Source: the human T2T-CHM13v2.0 reference genome, Homo sapiens. Taken from it: a DNA stretch of 64,000 nt. Numbering within the stretch: position 1 is the stretch's first letter; every line of letters starts with the position of its first letter. Position numbers and translations under genes: made by a program. Positions 16,085 to 30,708 of the stretch are shown piece by piece. The stretch lies in NCBI RefSeq assembly GCF_009914755.1, contig NC_060945.1. The stretch is one strand, 5' to 3'. The notes beneath the pieces were generated by a model. That model was not told where the DNA came from. It saw only the letters and a list, made by a program, of their open reading frames with translations, and did not search any database.

Positions 16085-17150
16085 GGAAGACACAGCACTA
16101 GAAGTCACCTAAAGTAAAGCACAGCAGGAAAAATGAAATAAAATACATGGGATAGTCTCAAAAGATCTAGTAAACAGACAATTGGAGTGCCACAGGAGGA
16201 GAGTGGTTATGTTTTAGAAGATAATAGCTGAGAATTTTCCAAACCCCTTGCAAATTAACTCATAGAATTAAGACTGTCAACCAATTCTAAGTTTAAACAC
16301 TCTTGCTTACCTCCTCTGCCAACTCACCCTCATGCACTTACATAAACTCAGGCACATCACAATTATACTACTGAAAAGCAAACTATCAGAATAATAAAAG
16401 CAGTTAACTTTGGAGAAAAACTGCTACCCTCAAAGGGCACAATGGTAGGGTAAAAACTAACATTTTAAGAGAAATAATAGAAACCAGAGTGGACGAAAAG
16501 ATATTCCAAAGATTGACAAAATAATAGGCATATTGGATTCTACAGCCAACTGAAACATTCTTCAAAAATGGAAGTGAAATAAATGTTTCAATCATAAAAG
16601 AGGGAAAGTAATTGTCCATCTGCCTATCCTAAAAGAAAACATGAAATTTAATAAAAAAATTGAATATTATTCATAGCAATGTTTAACCAAAACCATGTAC
16701 AAGAACACACAGCACCATTATTTCCAAGATCCCCACACTGGAAAACTAACCAAAAGTATATCAGCACAAAATAGATATATTAATTTTATTACATTTATAC
16801 AATAGATTACTATACAGCAATTAGGATACATAAAATAATTTTACATGCAAAAATGTAGATGAATCTACAGATATAAGGTAGAATAAAAAAACTAGTTATA
16901 CAAGGGTTCATATTGTATGATCATGTTTATTGTAAGTTTCCCTCAGGAATATGTACTAACAGGTAATAGTACTCAGGATATTGGTTACACTTGAGGGTAG
17001 TGGTTTGCAGAGGGCAAAGTCAGAATTCTGAAGAATTGGAACATTCTGTTTCTTGACTAGGAGTCATGTCATATACTTTTATTTGATTTGTGAAATTAAA
17101 AACAATTGCATACTTATACTATGTTTATATAAATAATATAACAAATATTA
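16085..17150 (+). mobile_element. Old L1M fragments (ORF1 remnant joined to an L1ME-like 3' end)
   Basis: aattggagtgccacagg...gaagataatagctgagaattttccaaa (ORF1); tatacaatagattactatacagcaat (ORF2 end). Confidence 0.7.
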
Positions 17151-17479
17151 AAACAAATGCCAAAATGAGAGTTAATGTAAGTTTCACTGTAGGCTGTAAT
17201 GACTAAATGAATAGAACTTGACATAATTCAGAAGAGTAAAATGATTTATAAACTTAAATCAATTTTTGTTAATTCGATAAAATATTAACAAGGATTCACA
17301 GAGCTGAGTTTTGCCTTGTGGGTTTATTGTAAAGAAATGTTTCCAAGAGTATTGAAAAATATTTTCTCTAGCTTTAAACTTCAAGATAATTAAAGTTGGG
17401 GACTTTATTAGAATACATTTTCTTAAAAAACTTCAAATAAAGCTTTTAAAATCTGACCTTCATGAATGTAAATGTCTGG

Positions 17480-18035
17480 TTTGTTAATTTTGTGAAGATC
17501 TGGGGCACACAATAGAGAAATGAATAGTTATCCTCAAGAGCAGCTGAAATAGGAATACAAAAAATGTCTTTTTGACCTGTGATGGGAGAGATAGAATCAT
17601 CGTAATAAGGCAATGACAGCACAGATTAGTTTCTATGAGAACTGGAAAAAAATTCCCTTTTGTTAGATAGGATTAAAATTTTTAAAAAGTACCTCCTCTT
17701 GTGGGACCAAGAAAAAAGGTGCCCTTCTTCTGAGGAGACACTGCCCAGTGTCTGGGAACCCAGTTGTGAAGGCAGAGGGCTAGCTGGTTTTAGTTTTCTC
17801 TTGTGTCATTTCTTTTATGCTCTATTTTAACAGACATAAGGGTTCCTTTTGAGGATAGCAGAACAAGAGAGAAGGAAACACGGTTCCTCACACAATGACA
17901 CCACCCTGTCTTCTAGGACTGCTAAATATTAGATTGCTAAGAAATAGAGAAAAAATATATATAATTAATTTAGTTTGCTATTTATGTTTTGATTTGATAT
18001 TTATATTTGATACTGCAGCCAAGCCTATATCCTAA
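17480..18035 (+). mobile_element. Old MLT1 (J/K-like) LTR remnant
   Basis: gatagcagaacaagagagaaggaa...tgcagccaagcctatatcctaa. Confidence 0.4.
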
Positions 18036-18168
18036 AAATAAAAAGAAAGAAAAACAAAGAAAAACAAATAAACAGTAGCTGAAGATAAACTCTCAATAAA
18101 AATTATAAAATAAGAAGAAATGTACGCTAGGGAGATCGGGTTCCCTGTCGCCTATGGAGTTAGTCTGT

Positions 18169-18472
18169 GTTTTGGTTTTGGTTTGGTTTTGGTTTTGATA
18201 GGGTCTCTCACTTTCTCCCAAGCTGGAGTGCATTGGAGCTATCATAGTTCACTACAGGCTCAAACTCCTGGGCTCAAGTGATCCTCTTGCCTCAGCCTCC
18301 CAAGTAGTTAGGACTACAGACATGCACCACGCCTCACTAATTTTTTGTTTTTTTATTTTTGGTACAGACAAGGTTTGGCTCTGTTGTCCAGATTAGCCTC
18401 AAAGTTCTGGCCTCAAGCAGTCCTTCCATTTGGGCCTCCCAAAGTGCTGGGATTACAGGCCTGAGCCCAGCC
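18169..18472 (-). mobile_element. AluJ with GTTTT-type microsatellite tail
   Basis: atcatagttcactacagg..caaactcctgggctcaagtgatcctc (J-type right arm). Confidence 0.9.
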
Positions 18473-18815
18473 ATTGGTTCTTTTTCGAAAGAATATTTCT
18501 AAAGATGTTCTCTCTGGTTAGGCTTAGCGAGTTGAACATCTCTCTGACAATCTCAAAGCAAAACAAACAATGTATCTGAATGTACAGATAAGAAGACCAG
18601 CTGGACTTTAATTATGACCACTTTGACACATAATAATATGGTGAAATTTTCATATTTAGAGATTAAAAGTCAACATTATTATTTTTTTAAAGAATGGATG
18701 ATCCCTATTTATGGAGATGATAATGATTGTTGAACAGTAGAAGGGTAAAATAAGTATGTAAGTAAAGAATCTTCATTAAAAATAACATAAAATGTAGGTG
18801 GACATTAACTAGTTA

Positions 18816-19100
<285 letters not shown>

Positions 19101-20198
19101 TTATGAGACTGTCACATTATCCTTCCAAGGTCATGACAAGGCTTGCCAGGTACCTCATCAGCATTTCTGAAACAAGCTGAAAATTCACTAATGATAACAT
19201 TATTGCCTAATCTTATTGTGAAGGCGAGTTACCAATTTACTACCTGCCAAAAGGCGAGCTTTAAAAAACAGATGAAAAATTATTTAGGGATTCACATAAT
19301 TACCTTATAAGGATTTAAGAAATAAAAACAGTAGATCAGAACAAAAAAAGGAAAGGAACTTAAAAATGGAAAATAATCCATCAACCACAGCAGATTATTT
19401 ACTTAAAACATTAGATTTAGGTTCTGACTTACATTCACAAAGCTTTTGCTAATTTGTTTCAGGTTTAATGAGTTTTCTAATTACGCTCTCCTCCACTTGT
19501 ACTTCCTTGAAAGGCTTGAGATCTGCCATAACTGTATCAAGTTTAATTAATTTTTAATTAATTATATATTACCAACAAATGGTATTGTTTATGCTCTTGT
19601 AAACTTCAGGTGCCAGCCTGGACACCTGAATTGCTTTCTGTAGAAACAGTGAACTGGTGATTTTTAAATAAATTTAATATATTAGTTGTACTTTGAGGCC
19701 CTTATATTCTGCACTGCTCTGTTCTTTTTCATAAGAAATAATAGTGTGCATATCCCACAGAGCAAGAGCTGTAAACCTAATTAGACAGATTTGGGATCAA
19801 GAAGACATTTAAGAGATGAATGTGTTTGCTAATTTTTCAATGATGGTATAGAATCTAAAAATTATCTCATTTTAAGTTTCAAATGAAGAATTGTTTTGCC
19901 TCATAAAGACACTCACATGCAGTCTGATTTACTCTTATCTGACTTTTTTTTTTTTTTTTTAAACTCTGCTAATGAGGTTTAGTGGGGAAGAAATGGCTCT
20001 CTGCAGAAACTGATAAAGCTACAGGCAAGAGGGAGAATGCCAGAAGCTTGGCAATACACTAAAAAGCATTTCTGAAATTGTGTCCTGCTTGATTATCTGA
20101 TACTGTAGCAGCATCCAAAGTGGCAACAAAGAAGAGGGACAGATGGCAGGAAGCAAAGGTGGCAGATAACAGTGCTAATAAATTTCAATGTTATCCCT

Positions 20199-20945
<747 letters not shown>

Positions 20946-21126
20946 CCTGTCCCTTTCTGTAGAGGATACAGTCATTCAAGAATCCACTCACCCTGCTTAG
21001 AACAGATGAATGGCAGACTAGAAGGCACTGGATTGGATCAAGAAATTGGAGGGACCAATTCTATCACTGACCAAAAAAGAAAAGAAAAAGTAAGAAGTAA
21101 AAGCAACTCCTTTTGCACATACTGTC

Positions 21127-21515
21127 TGAATTGGTCCAATTTTACACTGCTACAAAGAACTTCCTGAGAATGGGTAATTTACAAAGGAAAGAGTTTTAAT
21201 TGACTCATTGTTCAGCATGGGTGGGAAGGCCTTAGGAAACTTACAGAATCATGGCAGAAGACTAAGAAGAAGCAAGGCACCTTCTTTACAAGGTGGTGGG
21301 AAGGAGAATGAATGCAGGATGAACTACCAAACACTTATAAAGCCATCAAATCTTGTGAGAACTCCCTCACTTTCACGAGAACCGCATGGGGGAAACTGCC
21401 CCCATGACTCAATTACCTCCACCTGGCCTCTCCCTTGACATGTGGGGATAATTGGCATTACAGGGATTAAAATTCAAAATGAGATTTTGGATGGGGACAC
21501 AGCAAAACCATATCA
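21127..21515 (-). mobile_element. THE1C/D-like solo LTR
   Basis: Ends ggggacacagcaaaaccatatca; 5-bp TSD ctgtc (21122-21126, 21516-21520). Confidence 0.9.
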
Positions 21516-22339
21516 CTGTCCCAGATATGAATCTTATTATCACTTTATTCACATAATTTCTAATTGTCTTTTTACATCACCTAGTAATTCTCACTTGATG
21601 TTAGCTTTTATTAAAAAAGCAGAAACATGAGAAGAATTTTAGGTATGGCAGCATTGGATTTGAGTCTGAGTGCACTAAGAATCATGTTAACAGCTGTAAA
21701 AACCTGGAATAGCTCTGATCAATACCCTAATAGTCAACTAGTAAATATGGGCGAGGCTATTAGTGGTTATTCTTTGTAGCCACCGGATTAATGTGGTTAT
21801 TTCTCACAATTCATTCTGAGCATTTTATACCTCCAGCAGTGAAATAATCATTGGGTATAAAAATGGCCTGTGTGAAGCTTTCTAATTTTGTCCTCTTCTA
21901 CTTTGACTGGTTTCATATGTGATGATTGCCCACTATAAATAAAGGTTATTCATTCTTTAATGTAAAAATATACAGTACTGTTAGTAAATTGATTTGAAAT
22001 ACATAAGAATTTGAAATTTACCTTGAATTTTTCAAATGCTATATTTTATACATCTTTTATGATTGAATCTAAACTACTTGACAAAACTTGCTCACAAAAA
22101 AGGAAATTATGTTAACAAGATAGCCTATTTACTACAAAAGAATATGCAGAAAGTAGGGGAAATAAACAGAAGAAAATAATCAAGTACATAGTTATCCATA
22201 AATAGAATATAAGTCCACATAATACAATTTGAAAATGTTAGATTGTGCAAGTTTTTGTAAAAGCTAAGACCAATTAAGTGCTCACAAATTAGAATAAGAC
22301 AGTGGGAAGGGGATCTTTTTAAGAATGTATTATTGTTTA

Positions 22340-22604
22340 TGATATATATATCATTGATATATATATCATTGATATATATATCAAAGATATATATATATCA
22401 ATGATATATATATCAAAGATATATATATCATTGATATATATATCAAAGATATATATATCAATGATATATATATCAAAGATATATATATCAATGATATATA
22501 TATATCAAAGATATATATATCAATGATATATATATCAAAGATACATATGTATCAATGATATATATATCATTGATATATATATATATCTCAATGATATATA
22601 TATA
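22340..22604. repeat. AT-rich minisatellite, unit GA(TA)nTC + AAA/AAT/ATT (~15-19 bp)
   Basis: About 16 near-perfect units directly visible. Confidence 0.95.
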
Positions 22605-23569
22605 AAAAGATGCACAAACATTAATCACAGCAACAGCATCCAACTCATATGAGTAACAGTGGCTATGGTAACAGTGTTGATGTTTTTTGCCCACTGCCAC
22701 TGGGCATGCCCACTTGATAAAGCTTAAACTCCCAGAGCTTTCCTTCAGTTTCCTCCAAACTGTGGCTTAATCTTAAATTTTGGTGTTTGTACTCAACATC
22801 CAACTCCTAAGTGTTGGTGCAGTTATGTTGTCTGGTACTCAGAGCAGTTTATGAGATGAGTTTTAACTTCAGCTCTTTATCCTTTTTGGTTCATTTATTT
22901 TGGTTTTCTAAGATTTGATATAAAACTACCCACTGAAGTATTAACCCATTCAATATTCTTATAAAAAATTAGTTTTATGCTTTAATAAGAGAGCATTTTA
23001 TATTGCTTAAAACTAAGATTCTTGCCTAAAAAGTAGCATTGATATTTTGCTATGTGTAAGATTCTATGACGTAGTTGTTTTTATGAAAGTTATGTAATTC
23101 TTTATGAAGAGGTATGTAATTCTTAATCTTAATAACTTTGTGGTTTGGATTGGGAGATCAAATAAAATGGCTTGGACTTTTAATAAAAATCTAACAAAGA
23201 TACAACTAAAAAACATATGTTACATACTTATTCCTAACACGTGGAAAGTATAAACTATACTTGCAGTGAACTCACAAGAGATGTCTTTTCGTTGTGACTG
23301 CATGTGAGAACTTTAATAAAAATAGACTTGAGGCATGTAGGTAGAGAGGGTGTGAGGAGGCCGAGTTCTGTCAGGGAATTGTTAATATCTTATTCATGTT
23401 TTGTGATCAATGTATGTTATATGATGTATTCATATTTAGTAGACATTTGCTAAATGAATGAATGGATGAATGAATAGGTAGATGAAATAATGGAGCTGAT
23501 TTACCAATAGTGGAAACATAAAACCACTAAAATGCATTTTATTTTTTCAATAGACAGTAGACTACTCTT

Positions 23570-24360
23570 TATATATATATTTTTAAATATATGAATACAT
23601 AATAGTTGAAAAAATTTATGAGGCACATGTGATATTTTGATACAAACATACAATGATTAATGATCAAATCAGGGGACTTAGAATATCCATCACCACAAAA
23701 AGTTATCATTTGTTTGTGTTAGGAACATTCTAATTCCAATCTCCTAGTTATTAATATATTGAAATATACAGTAACTTATTTGTAACAAGAGCTGCCCTAT
23801 TGTTCTACTAAACACTAAATCTTATTTCTTCTATCTAATTGTGTCTCAGTACTTGTTAACTGACCCCACTTTATCCCTCCCCTACTACCATTCCCAGCCT
23901 CTAGTAATGATCATTCTACTACCTCCATAAGATTACTTTTTTTAGCTACTACACAGAAGAGAGATCACGTGAATATTTGTCTTTCTGTGCCTGGCTTATT
24001 TTGCTCAACATAATATCCTCCAATTCCATCTCTGTTCTTGCAAATGATAGGACTGTTTATTTATGGCTGAATAATTTTCCATTGTGTACTACAATATGTA
24101 CCACATTTTATTTATTTATTTATCTATCCACACATGGACACATAGGTTAATTCCATATCTTGGCTACTGTGAACAGTGCTTGCAACAAACATAGGGGTTC
24201 AGATATCTTTTTATACAGTGATTTGTTTTCTTTTGGATACATACCCAGCAGTTGGAATGCTGGATCCTATAGTAGTTCTGTTATTAGTTTTTGGAGGGAC
24301 CTCCCTTCATACTGTTTTACATAGTGGCTGTACTAATTTACACTCCCACCAACAGCACAC
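23570..24360 (-). mobile_element. L1MA-like 3' end
   Basis: cacatgtgatattttgatac...aatgatcaaatcaggg...ctttctgtgcctggcttatt...aatttacactcccaccaacag. Confidence 0.88.
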
Positions 24361-27300
24361 TAATCTGTTTGGATTAAACATTAGTAGATGAATACTGAGT
24401 GCTAACGTCAAAATTGTAAGATGCAGCCATAGGTGGAGGGAAATGAAGAAAATATGTAGGGATTTTTAGCGGTATCAAATGGTCATCAGAGAGTATTTGA
24501 AGGTAGTTAATCTTCTACTTTTGGATATTGAAAATTAGAATTGAATCTGCAAGTAATGGAAGTCAATTGAAATGTTTTTGAATAACCTATTTGTAGTATA
24601 TGATAAATAATCAATTCTTTTGATTACAAACCTATGATTTAAAGTCTTCCTTATCATGTGCTTTTGACACATTCAGAAAATTCACATAATTATTTTCTCA
24701 GATAAATTATTCCTTTCAATAGAGTTTTAAAAGTTTATAAAGTTAGATGAATTTCCAACATTAGGAAGTTAACTAACTTTCAACAGGCATTGATAGCAAC
24801 TAATAATTTACACTAACTCTTCAACCTGACTTAAAATGACTGATGTATTCCAATTACCTTTCCTTTGACTGTCTTAAGCTATATACATTCATATATATAG
24901 ATAGACACACATCACAATAGTCAACATGGTTGATCTCATGCGCACACACATATGCAAATTTTCTTTTTCCTTTTTTGTGGGTTTGTATTTTTCTGATTTG
25001 TTTGTCTTCTCTGTCTTCTTAAAACATGTTTTATATTTTAAAAGCCCTTTACTGTGTTTCCTATTACTATTACAATTTTATTACTTTTTGTTGATGCTAT
25101 GTTGTTATTTTAGTCATATGTTTGATACTTAATATTATTCACATCTAACTATAGATCATTTGAAAACATGGATCATTAATGATGACATGTTTAGTATAAT
25201 TAACTACATTAAGTATATTGATTCCTATACCTCTAATGTTAGTTTTAAAATGCAGAAACATTCTATAGTTGCACCCTAAAACAGAATAAGTAGACTTTAG
25301 GGCTTGAAGTTATATGGTCTTCAGTTTTGTGTAAGTATTTTTTCTTATCACCATTTAAACTCTTTCATGTATTTTGAGTTTCATGATTTTATACTTGACA
25401 GGTACATTCTCCTCCATACATAGGCATGGAAAGGTGTGCCAATCAGAAAGCAGGAATAAATGTATGAAACTGATGATGCCTTTGATGCCATGCATGCAGT
25501 ACTCCACCAGACAAAAATGAAAACACATCAAACACCAGATGACAAGGTAAGTTAACAGAAGTACTTCTCAATGGGAAGGGATTAAGTTTTTCTTCTGAAG
25601 ACCCAGAGTGATGGCTGTTTTGACTCCTGGTATCAAAACGACCAAACTGAATAAAAGGGTCAAAGTATTAAATATGTACTCATTTCATGTTCCCAAAACT
25701 GTTAAGTTCATGCAGGAGAACTTTAGCCATAATTTGAATCTGAAGGACACTATTGCAGTTTAAATATTTCTCAATCCTTCAGTAAATGATAATATTCAAG
25801 TAAGTATGTGCCTACCTTCTCAAAGATAGTGCTTGTACTTTGTAAATGTCCAATAGTATGATTTCCTATGAGATACATGAGATTATTACTATTGACACCA
25901 CCATCATATGTAGGTGCATAGAGCCACACTTTGATGTTTGACCTGAAGGAGAACCAAAAAAAATGAATAAATAAATTTTAGAATGTTTATTTTGTCTTCA
26001 AAATTTATGTAAAGATGTTCTGGTGGGATGTTGTTTGAAGCATCACAGGATCCCTTCTGCTCGAGTTTGCCATTTTCCTACCTCCAACACTCATATTTGC
26101 TTATCCATACAGTGATGTTATTACAAATTTAAGAGTAGCCAAAACACAATGGCAAATATTTGCCAAGGTAACTTGTCTGGTTTTCTCATAAAGGTACATT
26201 ACTATTAAGTCTTTACATTACAACCATACTGCCACTGAATATAGCATTTAAAGCGAAATGTATAAAAAGAGATTACCATTCTAATTTCAGTAAATTTGAT
26301 ATATAACAAATAAATATAATAGAAGCTTTTGAACAAAGCTGAATAAATACAATAGAAGATTTTGAAGAAAGCTGTTTCTGATGTAATAAATATAAAATTA
26401 ACTATGAAATCATTTCATAAACATATCTCATAATAGCAGCCATGTGGCTTCTTAATTAGAATATAAAACATTAACATATTAATAATTGAAAAAATCATTA
26501 GCTTTCTAATTGAAAAAACTGTAAATAAAGATTGGCACTTTTATGTTTCACATTGTTTTTAAAACGCTGATAAACATATTTTCATAGAAAGGTCTATATA
26601 CAAAATATCTTAAAACATGCAAAGTTTGTATATTGAAATAACTTTTCAGGAAATAAATTTTCTATTTAAATCATGAATGCCTTCTGTGGCCTTAATGTCA
26701 ATATCTTTAAGCATTTCTTGAGTTGATTTACATTTTTAACACAAATTTATTCTGAAACATATATAATACCTGTAAAAAATTTTGAACAACTGACTTGAAA
26801 ACACTCTTGTTGTATCACTTATTTCCTGTTGTTATCAAAATAAGTAATGAACTGGAAATTGCATCTGCCAGTATAATAAATGTATTATACCAAAAAGGTT
26901 AACTTGTTTGAATAAAAAATTACTATTATAAAATATGTTGGTGCACAATTCTGGACCTATTTAAATTTATACATACAAATATTAATAATAGTAATGATTT
27001 TAAGTGCAAAAAGACAAAGCTCATAACAGAAGTTGATGAAGGACATAAGACATTTCAGGTAATGATTTTCATAATAAAGTCTTATTTTTACACTGGTTTA
27101 CTAATTTATCATACAAACTTGGAAAAACCTTATCATGTACTGTGCACATAAGTGTCATTATTTATTGAAAAAGAGTGAATGAATAAACAAATAAAAACTG
27201 ATGAAGAAAATTTAATTAGGGTAATGACATATTGACACCTATTCTAAATTCTCACACATTGATTATTAAATCTTAAAGAAATTCCTGTTTTTAAATTATG

Positions 27301-28048
27301 AAATAAAGTGTTTTTTGCTAATATTTGATAATGCTTTATTTTCCTTACTTATTCAATGTTGTGTTTCCTCAGAAGATAATTTAAGAATGTAAAATTCAAC
27401 ACATTGAGTAACAGGGAATTGTTTGGTTTACTCTACACTGTAAGCTGCATGTGTACCAGATAGTTATATAAAATTACAGCTTTTGAGGTGGAGGAATCAA
27501 AATATCTTATTTTTTAATACTTAAAACACATAATTGGTCTCTATATAAGAAACACTAGATCAATAAATAATAAATTAGTGTTTTCTTGTTTTTGGAAAAC
27601 AATAAGGAAATAAGGTTAAACATTTTTAATCATTGCCCAAACATTTTCATTTCATTTGATACATAGTATAGTGTTAAACTCATTTGTTAACACATAATGA
27701 TTTTTTTCCTCTAATTCAAAAATGATTTTTCGTATATATAGAAGTAATGACTGGTTTTAAAATTTATATTACTAAATATAATAATGTAGTGTTGAAATAT
27801 CAGTATATGTAATATACAATGGAATTTCAAAACCTGAGACATATTTCAGTCCTCATATTTTCTTGTCAATTTATAGGACACCTTTTCAGCTATATAATTA
27901 TTAATATAAGATCCATCTAATTATAACATAATAACTTCTTTGCTATAGCTTATACATATATATCAAAGCATATTTATAAGGTAAACAAACTAAAACAAGC
28001 ATATAAATATGTAATAATATTTTATAAAACACTTCAAAGAGAGGTAAA

Positions 28049-28231
28049 GAACATCACACACCGGGGCTTGTTGTGGGGTGGGGAGGTGGGGAGGGATAGC
28101 ATGAGGAGATATACCTAATGTTAAATGACGAGTTAATGGATGCAGCACACCAACATGGCACATGTATACATATGTAACAAACCTGCACGTTGTGCACATG
28201 TACCCTAAAACTTAAAGTATAATTAAAAAAA
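28049..28231 (+). mobile_element. L1PA (PA3/4-like) 3' UTR stub
   Basis: aacatcacacaccgggg...cctaatgttaaatgacgagttaatgg...ccctaaaacttaaagtataat. Confidence 0.92.
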
Positions 28232-29157
28232 CACATAAGATTAATGTGGTGATAAAATATTACACTGATGATAAAGGACTTTTTTGAGAGATCAATAATT
28301 GTCCAATGAGAATCAAGAATTGAAGTATGTCATCAATGTTTTTTTCTAAAAATATACTTTCTGAAAACTTATTTGCCATACATTACGTTAACTGCTAAGC
28401 AGCAACTAAAAAATATATTATCTGCTCCTCAAGAGCATAAAAACAAGGAACTAAGTATTTGCAGGCATACACAAGCATTTTGAAAGGGCCATACTACATA
28501 CCAAAAGCATCATAAATGCATTTTGTTGAAGAATTATGAAAGTAATGCTATTGTGATTGAAAACATAATCTAATGTTTAAACCACAATTTGATTTAGCAA
28601 AAAATAAATAAATAAAATAAAGTAATGGGAGATTCATTATCTAGAAACATGTACAGTATTTTTTCAATAATTTAAGCATATTTTTCATTTTGTTGAAAGG
28701 TAATTTACATAGCATCAATGTATTAAATCAATTTGAAGAAATATTAAACAGAACATTTTATTTTTCTATCATACTAAATTAGAAAATTAGATTTGTAGCT
28801 TATATTTCTAATATTCTTAATTAAATATACCTGGTTTAGATATTAAACATACTGGATTAGAAAAAAGTGTGCAATAAAATACTGCCAAAATTTTACTACA
28901 ATGATTAAAATAGTTCAATGATCTACACATTCCAAATTTTTTTTCAATTTAACTGAGAGAATTGTCTCTTATCCTCTCTGAAGAGGTTTTATTGTAAATT
29001 CCACATTTTTGCTTCTGAAGAAAAAATAATTTCTTCACTGAATAAATGTTTTAGGTTCTGATTTTGAATAAGATGAAGTAACTCACAGCAGATCAAGAAC
29101 AACTGAAAAATGCAGATGAAAATTCAAGAATAGTCTCTCTTTAAAAATAAGATAGCT

Positions 29158-29693
29158 ACATTTTCTTAATCCAGTCTATCATTGTTGGACATTTGGGTTG
29201 GTTCCAAGTCTTTGCTATTGTGAATAGTGCCGCAATAAACATACGTGTGCATGTGTCTTTATAGCAGCATGATTTATACTCATTTGGGTATATACCCAGT
29301 AATGGGATGGCTGTGGCACATATACACCATGGAATACTATGCAGCCATAAAAAATGATGAGTTCATATCCTTTGTAGGGACATGGATGAAATTGGAAACC
29401 ATCATTCTCAGTAAACTATCGCAAGAACAAAAAACCAAACACCGCATATTCTCACTCATAGATGGGAATTGAACAATGAGATCACATGGACACAGGAAGG
29501 GGAATATCACACTCTGGGGACTGTGGTGGGGTCGGGGGAGGGGGGAGGGATAGCATTGGGAGATATACCTAATGCTAGATGACACATTAGTAGGTGCAGC
29601 GCACCAGCATGGCACATGTATACATATGTAACTAACCTGCACAATGTGCACATGTACCCTAAAACTTAGAGTATAATAAAAAAAAAAAAAAAA
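29158..29693 (+). mobile_element. L1HS Ta-1, 5'-truncated with 5' inversion
   Basis: ACA at 29584-29586 and G at 29669 (Ta); aaaTgaGtata in the inverted part (Ta-1); inverted 29158-29313, sense from 29312; pure poly(A); 15-bp TSD aaaaataagatagct (29143-29157, 29694-29708). Confidence 0.96.
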
Positions 29694-30344
29694 AAAAATA
29701 AGATAGCTGCCTAGGTAACCAGAGACTGAGGGGCCAAGTTGCTGATGAGTAGGAAGCTTCGGAGTAAAGAATTGATTTTATTGGGCTCATTTTCTCTTGA
29801 ATCTTCTCCAAACTTGGTGGAAAAACCACTGAACATCCACCCAAAGATTGCACACAGGAGGGAGCTGCTTTTACAATATTAAAGAGCTAGAAAGACAAAT
29901 TGAAGATCAGACCTGTAAAGCAACGAGGACTTGAGTAGGCAAGATATTGGAAGAAACAATGAACTGAAAACTTACAAGTGATTGGGACATTGCAGAGCAA
30001 TGGGAAGGTTAACTTCTTTAATGCCAATGCAAATGGGAACTGAAATTGTTAAAATTCAGTATCTGGAACAAATAATTTTAAATAATAAAAATTAACCATT
30101 ATAGCATATAAATTAAATCAATGTATAAGCATCAAAATTGCTTTGTTTAAATATTTCTGCAATTATGCCTGAGGTTTAAAATCCTGTATATAAAATAAAC
30201 AACCAAGAAACATTCATAATTCAGTTTTAAAGACACAATGTGTTTGTATATTTTAATATTATAACAGCATGTTTTTGGACTGTCCTGACTTTTTCTGCTT
30301 GAAATTATTTTAAAAACTTTTAAAGAGTATCGTAACTTGCTATT

Positions 30345-30708
30345 TGATATAGTTTGGCTGTATCCCCACCCAAACATCATCTTTAATTTCAGTTACAATA
30401 GTGTCCACGTGTTGTGGGAGGGACCCAGTGAAAGGGAATTAAATCACGGGGGCAGTTACCCTCATGCTGTTCTTGTGATACTGAATGACTTCTCAAGTGA
30501 ATTGATGGTTTTGTAAGGAGCTTTTCCCCCTTTTCTCAGTACTCATTTTTTCTCCTGCCACCCTGTAAAGAGGTGCCTTCCACCATGATTGTAAGTTTCC
30601 TGAGGCCTCCCCAGCAATGTGGCACTGAGAGTCAATTAAACCTCTCTTCTTTATAAATTACCCAGTCTTAGGTATTTCTTCAAAGCAGCATGAGAATGCA
30701 CTAATACA
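30345..30708 (+). mobile_element. THE1C-like solo LTR
   Basis: tgatatagtttggctg...ctaataca; TSD ctatt (30340-30344, 30709-30713). Confidence 0.92.

Noticed and set aside
22340-22604. CRISPR-like repeat array
   Set aside because: No unique spacers, human context, no cas genes; it is a minisatellite.
28020-28240. TSD or transduction for the L1PA stub
   Set aside because: Only aaaacac is shared and it is offset from the junction; too weak to call.
29245-29472. 75-aa ORF ending in the L1 ORF2p C-terminus
   Set aside because: By-product of the inversion junction fusing antisense L1 to the ORF2 tail; no promoter or ATG context.
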